In this document: in pieces, positions 1 through 12,657 of the stretch
How the letters are laid out: each line of letters opens with the position of its first letter
Position numbering within the stretch: the first letter of the stretch is position 1
NCBI RefSeq assembly: GCF_052425735.1
Contig: NC_135766.1
Location: forward strand, 32,116,001-32,180,000
Direction of reading: 5' to 3'
Source: Oculina patagonica
Taxonomy: Eukaryota
Length of the DNA stretch: 64,000 nucleotides
Made by a program: the position numbers and the translations under genes
The notes under the pieces: model-generated
Told to the model about the DNA's origin: nothing
The model's database searches: none
The model's input: the letters and a program-made list of their open reading frames with translations, nothing else

Positions 1-2533
1 AAGCTAGTCCAAGAAGTATGTTTTTTTTATGTTTATATTTTTTCGGCTTCATTCCAGAGGTGGTACTCAATTCTTCGATATCGACTGTTTTACTCCTTTT
101 GAAAATATTTCTATTCTGTACACGAGTCGAAAACTTAAACTTAGGGGTCAACCATTTTACTTTTGAGGGGAGGGGGGGGGGGGGGGGGGGGGGGGTTGGG
201 TGATTTGGTGTGGGCGTTGGATTTTTTTTTTTTAAACCCAAAGTACATGTGAGAATGTTTTTTCTTGCACACGTGCGCTTGCAGGATTTTTTTTCAAACT
301 GAATGAAAAGTAAAACCGTCCGAAATTATTAAGCATCTGAAATTTTAAGCATCCGAAATATCTCTACCTTGATTTGATAAAAGGTGTCTTCCGAATTTTG
401 ACACAACACTATAGTTCTGAGCCATATTTCGGCAGAGAGCGTTGAATGAGGGCTAGTTTTAGCTCGAGGTGAACGTTGATTACTCTAATTTATGTCTTTT
501 CGAACCAAGAAGACTGCATTTACGGCATTTTGTTCAAATTATGAATTCTCAATTTAATTAATTGTTTACAACATGAAATAGCATCAACTGAAAACCAACT
601 TAAAAAGTGCAAGAGCGAGAGCTTAACTGAAGCTTTCTAAATCCATGCATGGTCTAAAATGAACTATCAACTGGCGTTTTACATCGACGTTCGCTTCATT
701 TTCAAGGAATTGGGGAATAAAATAACTAAACAATTCATGACACAGCGAGACAATTCGATATGTTTCATATCAGTTCACGGCCGAAAAACCACGCATATCG
801 AATTGCTTCTCGCTGACAAATCACAAAACACGCTGATCGCTAACTGAGCCAAACGGCAAAATAATCATCAAATGAAGAGAATTCTACTCACATAAGGGTT
901 TCAAGTGATTTCTTGGTCTCCAGCCAAGGAAGAGTTCAAGCCCAATATCGCCATGACCGCCTTCAAATCAGCCCTAAAGTCTAGTTCTGAGTCCTAGTTG
1001 ATGTGGCTGAAGACCTTTGCTGTCTAAAGGAAGCACAACGTTACTTGTACCAAGCAAAACGTACCGAGTCAAGAGTTCAACCTGTTAAAGCTTTGTTCTA
1101 AGGTACAATAACAGCCGACGCAAAACTTGCAAATCGTTAGACTTCCACCTTCATAGGACTTAATGATGTCCTCCGGCAAACTTCCTTTAGACAGCAGAAT
1201 GGAAAGCTATAGATCACAACTGTTCTACTAGTTAGCGCGCGCAACTAGAATTCAAATGATAGAGAGGGGTTGGAGTTAGAGACTGGACTAGACTAACCAC
1301 AAGTAAATCTAGGGGGAGGGGTGGGGGGGGGGGGGGGGGGGGGGGGAGAGGGAGAGACAGGGAGGAAGAAAAAAAAGTAAGATTGAAATCACTACATTAG
1401 ACAGGGCAACATTTCATTGCAAGAAAGCCGAACAATTCTCCGTATCCTCAAAAAAAAAAAAAAAAATGAAACCCTATACATTCCTTAACAGCCCGATAGC
1501 CACCTTTTTACAAATCAAGTTAGATCTACAGTACAGTATAACTGTTTTCAGTACACAAATAAACCCGACTTGACAAGGAAGGGTTTTGGGATGGCGGAAA
1601 TAGTGGAAGCTGTTAATGAGAACCTAGAACCATATGATCATTTTGAAGATCTTGTAGCAGATCATTAAGCCACTTTGAAAATACGTAACGGCTTGATAGT
1701 ATTTGTGTTATTTTCGCGTCGATGTATCTGTAAAACCTTCATCATCATTACTCATCGCGCCAGTAGGCGCATAAGGCCGTGTAAAACTTTGAGGGTGCAG
1801 TAAAACTATCATTTTTACAGATATTGTTTAACTCTAATTCAAACGTAAATTTACTTTAGCCATGTTTCACCAAAGTGTCCGAAAAAGTTTTGTCCGAAAT
1901 TTGTTCGAATTGAGACAAAAAACGGTCCGAAATTAAACGTCCGAAATTTTTTGTACCATTGTAGGCTATTTCGTAGTCTTGGAGCAAAATCACAAATTGT
2001 CTACAGTTGAAATATTTTTTGTTAATAGAATAAAGAGCTTACACTTTACATATTTGTATCAAATAGACATTTATAATAAAGTTTATTTCATGTTCCAGCA
2101 TCTACATGTATCCTTCCATCCTCGATTTAGACTGAATTCAAAACATTGTTCTTCAAGTCACAACGCCAGGCGTGATCTTGAATTTGAGAAAAAAATGTAC
2201 CAAGATCGGTAACCACAGGCAAAAAAGCCAACTGAGGGGGACACATTATTGTGCTATGAATCCCTCATACCTAAGTCCAGATGCTAAAAACTTTTAACAG
2301 TTTAATTGCTAATATCGAAAGTTGAATGTATTAACCGGGGAACATCTTACCAGAAATTTTTTCCAGCCCACTGCACACGCATGATTTTTTTTTTGGACCA
2401 CTGTCCTGTACAGGAATTTTTTTCTTGCATGCATGCGCTGGCAGGATATTTTTTTCCAAAATCACCAATCCCCCCCCCCCCCCTCAAAAGTAAAATGGTT
2501 GGCCCCTTATAGAACTACTCTCGCACGCTTTTA

Positions 2534-2758
2534 CAGCGCGACGCGCCTTACCGTGGCCACCCAACAAACTTTTTTACAAGTTTGCTCTCGTAATATTAAT
2601 ATTTGATTGACGAACACGTCTCCTTGCAAAGTTGAATACGATCAAATAGATACTTTTACATCGTTTTTATCAACAAAACGCAGTGAAAACGTAAAATTTT
2701 CCAAGATGACAGTTGTAAAAAAGTTTGTTTGGTGGCCACGGTAAGGCGCGTCGCACTG
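2534..2758. mobile_element. 225-bp MITE of the same family as the 36280-39761 transposon
   Basis: Ends CAGCGCGACGCGCCTTACCGTGGCCACCCAACAAACTTTTTTACAA and TTGTAAAAAAGTTTGTTTGGTGGCCACGGTAAGGCGCGTCGCACTG are near-identical to the outer 46 bp of the large element's TIR. TA flanks at 2532-2533 and 2759-2760. Confidence 0.92.
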
Positions 2759-3599
2759 TAATCGCAAAGAAAACGGCCAGGAAAAAACGGCATAAAAGCA
2801 AGCTTAAACGACGCAAAAATATTTATGCTTCATTTTATTACGAATACACAGCCGTAAAAGCACTATTTAGGAATTACGGGAAGAAATTTGAATATTCATA
2901 TGGGCATGCTGTGACCTCACAGACATAGGATGGTAAGCCTGTAACTAAACCAACCGGGAAAACAAGTAAATATATATCCTTTTTTCTATTTATGGATACA
3001 TTTTAGACATTTTACGCTGCAACGTTTTCTTGATAAAGCGAGTTACAATAAAGTTGGCGAAACGAACGTCGAATTTATCGGCTTTGAATTGTCCTCAAGA
3101 CCACTCCTTTAGACAAGCTCAAGTACACGATGTGATGTGCACAGTACCGGTACAGTGGACGGTTTTTTTTTTGTTTTCGCGAAAGTTGTCTTCCTCTTTG
3201 TCAACAAACTTGAAAATGCAAGGCTGATTAAACAGCTAAAACTGATGTTTTATAATTTGGCCCAATATTTCGGCTGGTCAAGACCAACCATCTCGCATAT
3301 CTTTAGAGCATATAATGCTAAGTGGGTATGAAACGTAATTCCAAAACCCAGTACCTGATGACAGTTTCAGTACATATAAAGGACGAAGGATAACCCGAAT
3401 ACGTTTATTGTGTCCAAAAATGCAGACCACAAATAAAGATCTTAATAAATAAACTGTAATATTTCGGTACAAGCTATACCATCATCAGACTAAAAAAGTA
3501 ACATAGCTAGATCTTAAATATTGTGGGTGACAGTAAACTTTTTGTTTTCCTCTCCCCACCTCCCCTCTCCTGAATCTGCTCATGGTGCAGTAGGATATA

Positions 3600-3961
3600 C
3601 CGTAGAATTCCGGTTATAAGCCCTGGGCGTATACATCTTCGTAAGAGTTTTTGAGTGGGCTTATAAGCGGAGGGGCATATATTCGGGAGGGCTTATAAGC
3701 GAAGGGGCTTATATTCGGGAGGGCTTATAAGCGGAAGGAAAAAAAACGTTTCGAAAAGAGCCTCAGGAGTGTTGATCGAAATACGCTTTTAAGTTAAAAC
3801 GCACAAAAAAGTAACATTTAGCCCTGTTCAGTACTGTCATCCGGTAGAGGGGGGCTTATATCCGGGGGGGCTTATAACCGGATGTATTTTTGTTTCCAAG
3901 TTGATGGGCCTATAACCGGGGGGGCTTATAAGCGGGGGGGCTTATAACCGGAATTTTACGG
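3600..3961. mobile_element. MITE with TA duplication and internal GGGCTTATA(A/T) repeats
   Basis: Ends CCGTAGAATTCCGGTTATAAGCCC and GGGCTTATAACCGGAATTTTACGG, flanked by TA. Confidence 0.85.
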
Positions 3962-4100
3962 TATATCAAGTCAGCTAATTGCTGTCGTAGGATAACAGGA
4001 AAGGACAGTAGTTATAAAGCTTCTGAGATGTTGATTCCAAATTTGGGTATAGCGATACATTACTATTGCGAAATGTGTTTTAATCAGAAATTGTGCTTAA

Positions 4101-4644
4101 AGGAATTGTGTCACGAATTTTAACGAAACTAAGGCATGGGAAATGGCCATCAAAATTGGTGAAATATAAAAATAACCACCTGAAACAGTGAAAGAACATT
4201 TCAATAGCACAGCAAATGCAAAAGAAGGTAAGGATGGCTAAAAATGAAGATGATTGAGACGGATTGTGATATGGTGTTATGAAATACTCACGTCTGTTAG
4301 GCTGAACAGGTTTCAATATGCAATACTTGTAAAGCCTTTTTCTTATGTAAAAGCTAATTAACAGATCTATTTATTTTTTTTAGCACTAAAGTTGATATTA
4401 TAGAATTGTAGTTATTTATTATTGTATTAAGGTGTAGTTGGGTGTCCCCAATTAGCATTGTATGCCAGCGATCCAACACTGTAACTTTAAACTACAACGC
4501 CCGGGAGACAAATTTGGTTGTAATGAAGCTATGGTTTTGTCATTTAGATCCATAGAAGTAATTCCTTTCCAAACATAAAAGTTTTATAGCGAGTATTTGT
4601 CAAAACTTAATGAAATAACCTAGCCTCAGCCGTGACACAGCCCC
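4101..4644. mobile_element. TTAA-flanked non-autonomous DNA element (Kolobok-like ends)
   Basis: TTAA|AGGAATTGTGTCACG ... CGTGACACAGCCCC|TTAA. Its internal sequence resembles the reverse complement of 44250-44373. Confidence 0.65.
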
Positions 4645-4889
4645 TTAAAGTCAAACTTACAACATGTCAACAATTGAGTTGGCGGACACGGCGATAACAT
4701 AAAGTTTAGATCTAGACAAGCAGCTGATTCAGCTTCAGCTGAAGAATTATCTTGCCTGAGAATTTTGCGTTTTATTCTTGTATGGCAACCTGGCAAAATA
4801 TTAAGAAGATTGTTCAATGCAGGCCTTTTTGTGAGAAAAGAGATGTTCCAAGGATGTAAAATGACATGTGCTGTTTCTTTTTATTGCAG

Positions 4890-7800
4890 CTGTATTAGGG
4901 CTTTTAAACAGCAAGCAGTGTTTGACCGCGGATGCCTCGCACCTGCAGTAAGTATTACTGCGGATGAAGCGTTTAAGCCTGCGAGAGAGGACCGAATGGT
5001 GATCTAAGTATTCACTGAATTTTCATATATTGGCCTAGAGGAAATATACAAGTTTGGTATTTTTGCACGTGACGTATTTGTTTTCAGCAGGTCTTTTCGT
5101 TCTTGCAGCTTAACTTACACTGACACATGGCATTAAGTTTTGAAAATTCTTCTGTAATTCTCCATTCCTGAAGAGAAAGAAAACGTAGAAAGTCATGGTT
5201 GCCATCAGGTCGTTATATTCAAATCGCAATGAGGCTTTCTTCTTCCCATACAACCTTTCGGTCTTGTCGCCTTTACCTCTGATCTGACAACGTTGATTGA
5301 GATAGAGAGCTAAAATCAATAAACTTTTTGTGACAACAAAGTGGAATTAGTATATACTCAAACAGTGGATAGCGCTTTTGGCGGGCGCTGATTGGCTACT
5401 CAAACTCCGGATATCCTTTGTTATTATTCAACAGATGCGCGCGCTGCCCATATATGGTCAAAATGTTAACGTTATCTGTTATCCGTACATAACAGATATC
5501 CTGCGATATACGTAGGTAGCGAAGATTCGTCCGAAATCTTGTAAAGCGCTGCATAATTGCAGTTTTTCTGTCTGCAAAAATTGTTTTGTTGACAATTCGT
5601 TGAATAATAAAACAATTATCCTGCTCAATCTTGCGGAATATCGTATTTCGCAGGATAATTGTTAACTATCCACCTTTGGGCAAATCGCGCGCGAAAACTG
5701 TACTCGTTGACAGGAATAAACTAGTCAAAAATCATCTTTTTGGGCTTAATTATCTCACTTTTTTAGTATATACTAAAACAATAATTCACCTCAGTGTCGG
5801 TGGCTAGTGGTGGATATTTACCATTTATATATCTACCACTAGCCACCTTCACTTCGGTGAATAGTTGTTAACTATGATGCCATATGATTGAGTAATGTGT
5901 ACGCAAAACAAATGCGACAGACCGTTGAATAGCCATGGAGAATCGTGTGACGTCAGAAGTGGGACATTTGCTATGAGTCGTAGCCTGCAATCTCGCAGGG
6001 CTGGAACCGCGGGCGAAAATCCCTTTGTGTTCGCAGATTAGATCTTTACGCAAAATATTTGAGTTCCTTCAAGCCCTAACCTCGCCAGCGAAAGAATTGC
6101 AGGCATTCATAAATTAACACTTGCTTTAAAAGTCTTTGATTACCTTATAACAGAAAATTAACGCTTCATGAAATGACGCCAAATTCACGTTAATTTAATT
6201 CGCGTTAATTTTTGTTAACGTTAATTTCCGCGCCGTTAATTAAGTAGAGCGTTAATTTCTATGACCTTAATTTCCATTATTTTGGCCCAAATTTCTCAAT
6301 ACAGTACAACGTTCTTGACTCCTAGGAAAAAGCAATATTTCACAAGGGTGAAAATCTTCCGGCATCATTAAAACTATGAGGGAGGAACGCTCGAAGAGGT
6401 CAGATTCCTTCCCTTAACCCCTAGATTTGGGGAAAGTATCACGCACATTGTCCCCGTTTAAGATTATGCACCTAATCTTGAAACAGACTTGTTCCTGTTT
6501 TCTTTGTGTACGTCGAGTAAATTTCCATCACTTTGGAATTTTGCCCCCTCTTTCGCGTAAATTTTCTTTACTGGGAAGTAATTTTTCCTTCAATTTGCTT
6601 TTAAGTCGCGTAAATCAGTCAAATACCTTAATTAACACAAGCGTTAATGTTCTATTAATAATAAGGGACATTACGTCTTGTCGAACACTTTGAGAGGCTT
6701 GATTGGTATTGCGCTCCTAACGTGATGCACTTTCAAGTCATCCGGAACAAAGACAAGGCTGTGAAAAGTCTATAACTTTGGGCTGACTTTCAATCGTCAT
6801 TAGTTTGCCAAATTATGTTTGATTTCTTTATGTACTAATTGTCATTTTTTTCCATATTTGCAGTTGGTGATTATGCTGGTTCTTGCATCTTTAAAACGGC
6901 GCACCAAATTTAAACTGGAGTGGTTTGATGGACGTCCTGGTCTACTGATGTAAGCTTCAGATGTTTGATGTGCTGTATAGCACGTACCCTAAACTCTGTT
7001 GTAGTTTCAATAAGGTTTAACTCTTTCACTGCTTCAGTCGACTTTTGTCGACATTTGAGGGAGCAGTCAATGAACCATTTGTGACGTCATCAATTTGAAA
7101 GTCAGCAGATTTTGCATCCTCGGAGACCCAGGGGCAGTTAGTCGGGGCGACGGGCAGCTTATCGGGACGACGGGATTTTCGGGCGAAAGTTTACAAGAGC
7201 GTAACAGCCCTGTTACGCTCTTGTAAACTTTCGCCCGAAAATCCCGTCGTCCCGATAAGCTGCCCGTCGCCCCGACTAACTGCCCCTGGGTCTCCGAGGA
7301 TGCAGATTTTGGTGACAAGCATCTGATAAAGCTAGGTTTGACCTTTTCACAGAACTATTCATTTTGCGTATCAGTTGCATCCTGACAGAGCTAATCGAAA
7401 GAAAGTCAATGACTTTTTTGTGCAAAATCGGTGCTTAAACAGCCCAAAACACCTGTAATAGATCGAGGTCCTCTTTTCAGGGTTTACCGATGTTTTAATC
7501 AAAACTTTTTTGGTCTAAAGGAAGGACGGATACAGTAGAAAGGAGTGGAAATAACAAAGCCGAGAAAAACGAAAAGAAAAGGAGCAAGAAAAAAAAAATG
7601 GAAACGATTTCGCAAAAAAAGTCCAAATTTTGGCTTATGCGCATGCGCCAAAGTACAATTTTGTACATTTTTTCATGGAATCTTCATCAAAATCTTGCTG
7701 CATTGTGGAAAAGTGCTTTTTAAGCAAAGTTAAGGGAAATTCGGGATCGTAGCACCAAAGATTCAGTTTAACGGTAAAAAACCCTGTTTTTTGAGAAATT

Positions 7801-10800
7801 TCGCACTGAAAGGGTTAAGGCTTCATTAAGTAATTTTTGGTGATACAAAAAGCTACCTATACTGTTGAAGTACAAATGGATGCGTTTACTACAGTAAAAA
7901 GCACAACAACAGCAGCACTAAAGAGGCAATAACATGAGGCAAAGCAAACAGGTGCAAGGATTTTCGTGAGTGATACGGATTTGGAAAATTTAGGCTAATA
8001 TTTTTAACATGCGTCGTTCCGTAAAAAGAATGGAAACAGTGAAAGGCATAAGATTGAGCAAGGTAAGAAATAGAGGAATGAACGAGTTTCAAATAAAGTT
8101 GCGGTGCATGGACTCAATAAATAGAACAAACGCAACCATGCCAGATGAGTTTGATTAACTTTAATAACCATCATCATCATCATCATCATGACAACGACGA
8201 CGATAATGATGATGACGATGATCGCATATTAATGCGGGATAACTTTTCAATACAATAACACTGTCTAGATAAAGTATATAAGCTTTGGCTTTTTAAGCAG
8301 TGTGTCATCCTGCACCGTCTTTGATCTGCTATTTGGGAAGAGCTTTTCTTCAGTGTCAGAAAATCATCAAAATGAGTCTAAAGATATATTATACTGGAAA
8401 TAACAGAATTCATAAAGATCGAAATATAACCCGAAAAACTCCAATTTTGTGTGGAGCTGCAGGCTTTTATGGTTGCCATGGAAACTTTAAGTCACGTGAG
8501 AAAAGCACCATACGAAGTCTGGTTTATTACTGCTTGAATACTCTCAAAGTAAGTACATGATCATGAATGTTTTGTCCCTCGGTCCATGCAAATAGAATTA
8601 GGAAGAAAACTCAGCCAAAGCAGGTTTTTATGCGAGAATTGATTAAGAGGAAAAACAAGAAAGAGAGAAAACTGTTAATATCAAACTACAAAAAGAACCA
8701 TTTCTTCCGCAGACCAGTTGACTTTCTTGCTGGCCAAAGTAACAGATGGACTATTGCTGCGACGTTTGGAGCTACTGCTAGTACAATGATTTCCTTAATA
8801 GGCACGGGCAAGAGCGGCAATAACTTAATTATCTCTGAGTCCCCCTGGGTTAAGAGTAAGTAAACCCTTAAGTTTTGCTTTAAAACCATTACAATTAGAA
8901 TTTTTGTGTGGAAAATTGTTGTTTTTTTTCTTTTTCAACCGCATTCATTTTCTTTATTTTCATTGATATGTTTTTGTAATTTAAGGTAGATATACAAAAT
9001 GTATAAGAACCATTTTAACTTATACAGTAGCTTAAACCATTTTAGTCTGTTGCCGAAAATCACTGGTTCTTATATGTAGATTTTGACGTTTAAAACGCAA
9101 TCATAGTTACGTTGCCTTGTTACACCTTGCTTGTGTACTATAAGTGCCTTCAATTCAACACTGAATGCACTGAATTATGTATAAGGGACACCTTTACCGT
9201 TCGCCAGTGTAGTCATTTTCAGTACCAATAATGATGTCAGTTTTGTCGTTACTAACAGTAAACTCTTTGTTTAGTTGTCGATATACTTTTGGTTGTCCTT
9301 GTGTACGGAATACTCTACTACCCATTTTTTGTCTGCCTTACAACTGAATACAAGACGGTTGGATCACTGTTCGGCTTTCTCTATGGTGCACTAAGGTACG
9401 TGTAGATAGGAAATAGAAATTTTGTGTTAGCGGTTAAAGGGGCACTGTCACGAGCTTCACTTCAAAAATGCAAGAGCCTAAAGACATATGGAAACATACA
9501 AAAAGTGGTCCAGTTTTGTTTAAAATTACTACGCCAGTGTACTGAAGCTATAAACTATTGATATTACTGTGATGCCATCAGGAACTTTAGATTTCAACAA
9601 AAAAAAAGTAAGCCAGGCGGATTTTTTTCAAGTTTTGCGCTTGTAGCCTGGAAAACAGCTAAAAATAATAATTGCTCCATTCTTCCTTTAACAACAATTT
9701 GCTTTTTAACTTCATCTTGTACTTTAGGTGCATTTTATGTACGAGCAAGTCAGACCACCTCGCCAATTAAGCACTTTTTACCGAAAAGCAGAAAAATCCC
9801 CGTGACAGTGTCCCTTTAACAATTGGATTATTCGCTCTCGATTTCTATGACACCTCATAAATATTGAGAACGAATAATGTAATTACTAAAGTTCGCTCAA
9901 TTGAACTATTTCCAATAATTTGGCTGATAGCATACGAGAAGCTCAACCAATCAGATTGTCGCATTTCCACTAGTATACTAGTAAAATTGTGCCAAAGTTA
10001 AATATTAGTATAGTAAATTAGCAGTATACTGTTCTCACGAAGACTTGAGAGACCGAATGGACCTCTTGGAACAGTGATATTTTAGAATCATATAGGAAAA
10101 AAGCTCAAAAACATTTCGTACTTTCTGGACTGAGTTCAGATTTTTGTGGAATCGAGACAATCGTTGCTTATGCCTGTTATGCCTTATTCCATTTCTTATG
10201 CCGATTATTTGTTACAACAAAGTTGTTATTATTCTGTTTTTATAATTGTCTACGGTGTATCATTTTCTTCTTCCAGGCTGTCTTTTCAACTTGCGACACA
10301 GATACGATGCTGCATTGTTGTTAAAGTGAGGACCATTTTAATACTTTTTTTTCAAAATTATGGTGCCCAATTATCACTTTTTAAATGTTTGATTGTGTAT
10401 TCTGTTATAATGAGAAATCATGATTTTCCCTTAAATACTAAAACGTCTAAAATCCTTTAGTGCAATGGAGAATTTTCAATTCTCCTTGAACTGAAGAAGT
10501 CAATAACAGAGTTAGGGAGCTTGAAGTGTCGTTTACCTCCGGGCTTATTTTGTCATGACAAACTGCAGGCGGAGGGGGCCACCTATAGCTAGAAACTATC
10601 GGGGAATCGGTAGTAGATCGAGTGGAAGAGTCCTCTTTACATGAATTCCACTGACGTTCAGAAGATATTTGGCAGTTTGAATATATGGAATTTGATGGGA
10701 TCATCATTATCATTTGGAATTGGATGGGACACTAATGACATCCCATTGCCCCGAAGAAATATATATCCATATTCTTATACCATATATCGGAATGGCCTGT

Positions 10801-12625
10801 CAAGTGCAACGTAGAGAGAATATTACAGGGAGATTTAATGTCTGTACGTGGTCTGAGTTGAGGGTTTATTACTTTCTGTTGGTTATCGACTGGCTGATGA
10901 AAGAGACAATTCAAGGCAAGAAGAACGGTATCCAACAGACTTTGATTTTGCAGATGATCTGCAGATGATCGTGATTTTGCAGATGATCTGAAGCTTCTCT
11001 TACACAGCCTTCAGCAAATTCAAGACAACTGAGCTACCTTCAATTAGAATGGCAGCTAAGAGGGATCTTCATGTGAACGAGTACAAAACGAAGTCGATGA
11101 GAGTAAATTCAAACAACGGTAAAAACTTAGAGTTAGTTAAGAAGGAGAAGTGAATGAAGTAACATCATTTGTTCACTTAGAAAGCATTGTGAAAAACACT
11201 GGGGGATGAGAGTATAACATAAGAGCAAGAAGTGGAAAAGCCAGGAATGCTTTTACCACATTAAAAAAGCCGTGTAGACTAGGGAAGTTAAAAAACACAC
11301 ACGCAAAAAAGAGATACAAATGATAAAAATTGTCAACACCAAAGTCAAGGCAGTTCTTCTTCAAGGCCGGTAACCTGGGGAAGAACATTAACAACAGACA
11401 AAGTGATTCAATCCTTTATCAACAAATCCTTGAGGGGGAAGATCCTTAGAACATCGTGGCCAAGCTGAGCGAGCAGCAAAAAGCTGTGAGTCAGGACAGG
11501 GCAGCTTCCACTCCGTATTAAAAAAGTGAAAGTCGACCTGGATTGGGCACGCGCGTCAGGCACTAAGGCGCCACGCAACACCTGGCGCTGAAGTGTAGAA
11601 GCTGAGATGAAAAAAAAAGTCCATAGCCGGTTGACACAACCTGGTCAAGCATCCGCAGGGTAGAGTAAGATGGAGAGGAATGGTGGGTGGCCTGTGCTTC
11701 TCTAAGAGGTAGACAGGCGCAAGTGTGTAGCTGATGTTTCTTCTCAAGGGCTGTTGTTGTTTTGCTACTAGTCGAAGTTCAGTGCTCAGTCGAGTTACCT
11801 GCGAAGATATCGCGAGCGCAGCAATAGTGAACCTACCCGCAAAGGAGAAAAAATTATATTAGAAAGAAATATTAGGGGGAGCAGGGATGGCGCAGTTGTG
11901 AGAGCACTCGTCCCGGGTTCGAAATCACGCTAGGTGCTTATGTGGGTTTAGTTTCTTTTTGGTTTTTGTCCTTGGTGTTTCTTCTCCGGGTTCTCCGGTT
12001 TTCTCTCTTGAGAACCAAAATTTCGAAATTCCATTCGATTTGGATAGAGGATTTGCAAAAGCAGCCACTCAAGCTAATGGAGTTTCCCCAGTAGACTTTT
12101 TCAAAGCCCGCTTCCGTCGTCGCTCATTTATCGCGACTTAAGCTTGTGTCGCTCAAAAGAGTCGACTTGTGGCAAGTCTACTTTCTCTGTAAATAGAGTA
12201 ATTTATTTATTGCGTACTTTAACGAAGTCTGAGTTTGTTGCTGGTACGCCTTTAAAACCATTTCTGACGTGGTAGTACAAATCCCGCGAAGAGCGTTTTC
12301 CCTTCTGTCTTTCAGGGATCTGATGTCGGTCAGCTTTATATGATTGTACAAAACTTGCCCACCAATATCTGCCTTATCTTTATCGTGACAAGGTTTGCTG
12401 TTCTTGCATTTCTGCGATTGCGTCAAAAATTGTTCCAATCTTCAACAGAGTCAACTGTAAGTAGATGGTCTGATAGATTGAAAAATAAATTATAAAAATC
12501 TTCGGAAATCTTCGGGAAATCGCCCAAAACGTAGTTATCAGTAGGTTTATAAAATTAACATTATAATACCTGGTTGCTTGGAGATATGAAATTTCCTTTC
12601 TCGTGTTCAATTCGATAAAGTGAGC

Positions 12626-12657
<32 letters not shown>

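Noticed and set aside
165-1350. Long poly-G runs as regulatory G-quadruplex elements
   Set aside because: Similar G/C homopolymers recur through the window, often at repeat edges, and their lengths are unreliable in assemblies.
2880-3330. Candidate first exons of STRA6L-1 (donors near 2933 and 3326)
   Set aside because: Neither gives a convincing ATG, phase and similarity combination, so the start is left unresolved.
6141-6668. MITE shared by both STRA6L paralogues as a marker of the duplication
   Set aside because: The copies lie in non-equivalent introns and opposite orientations, so they are independent insertions.
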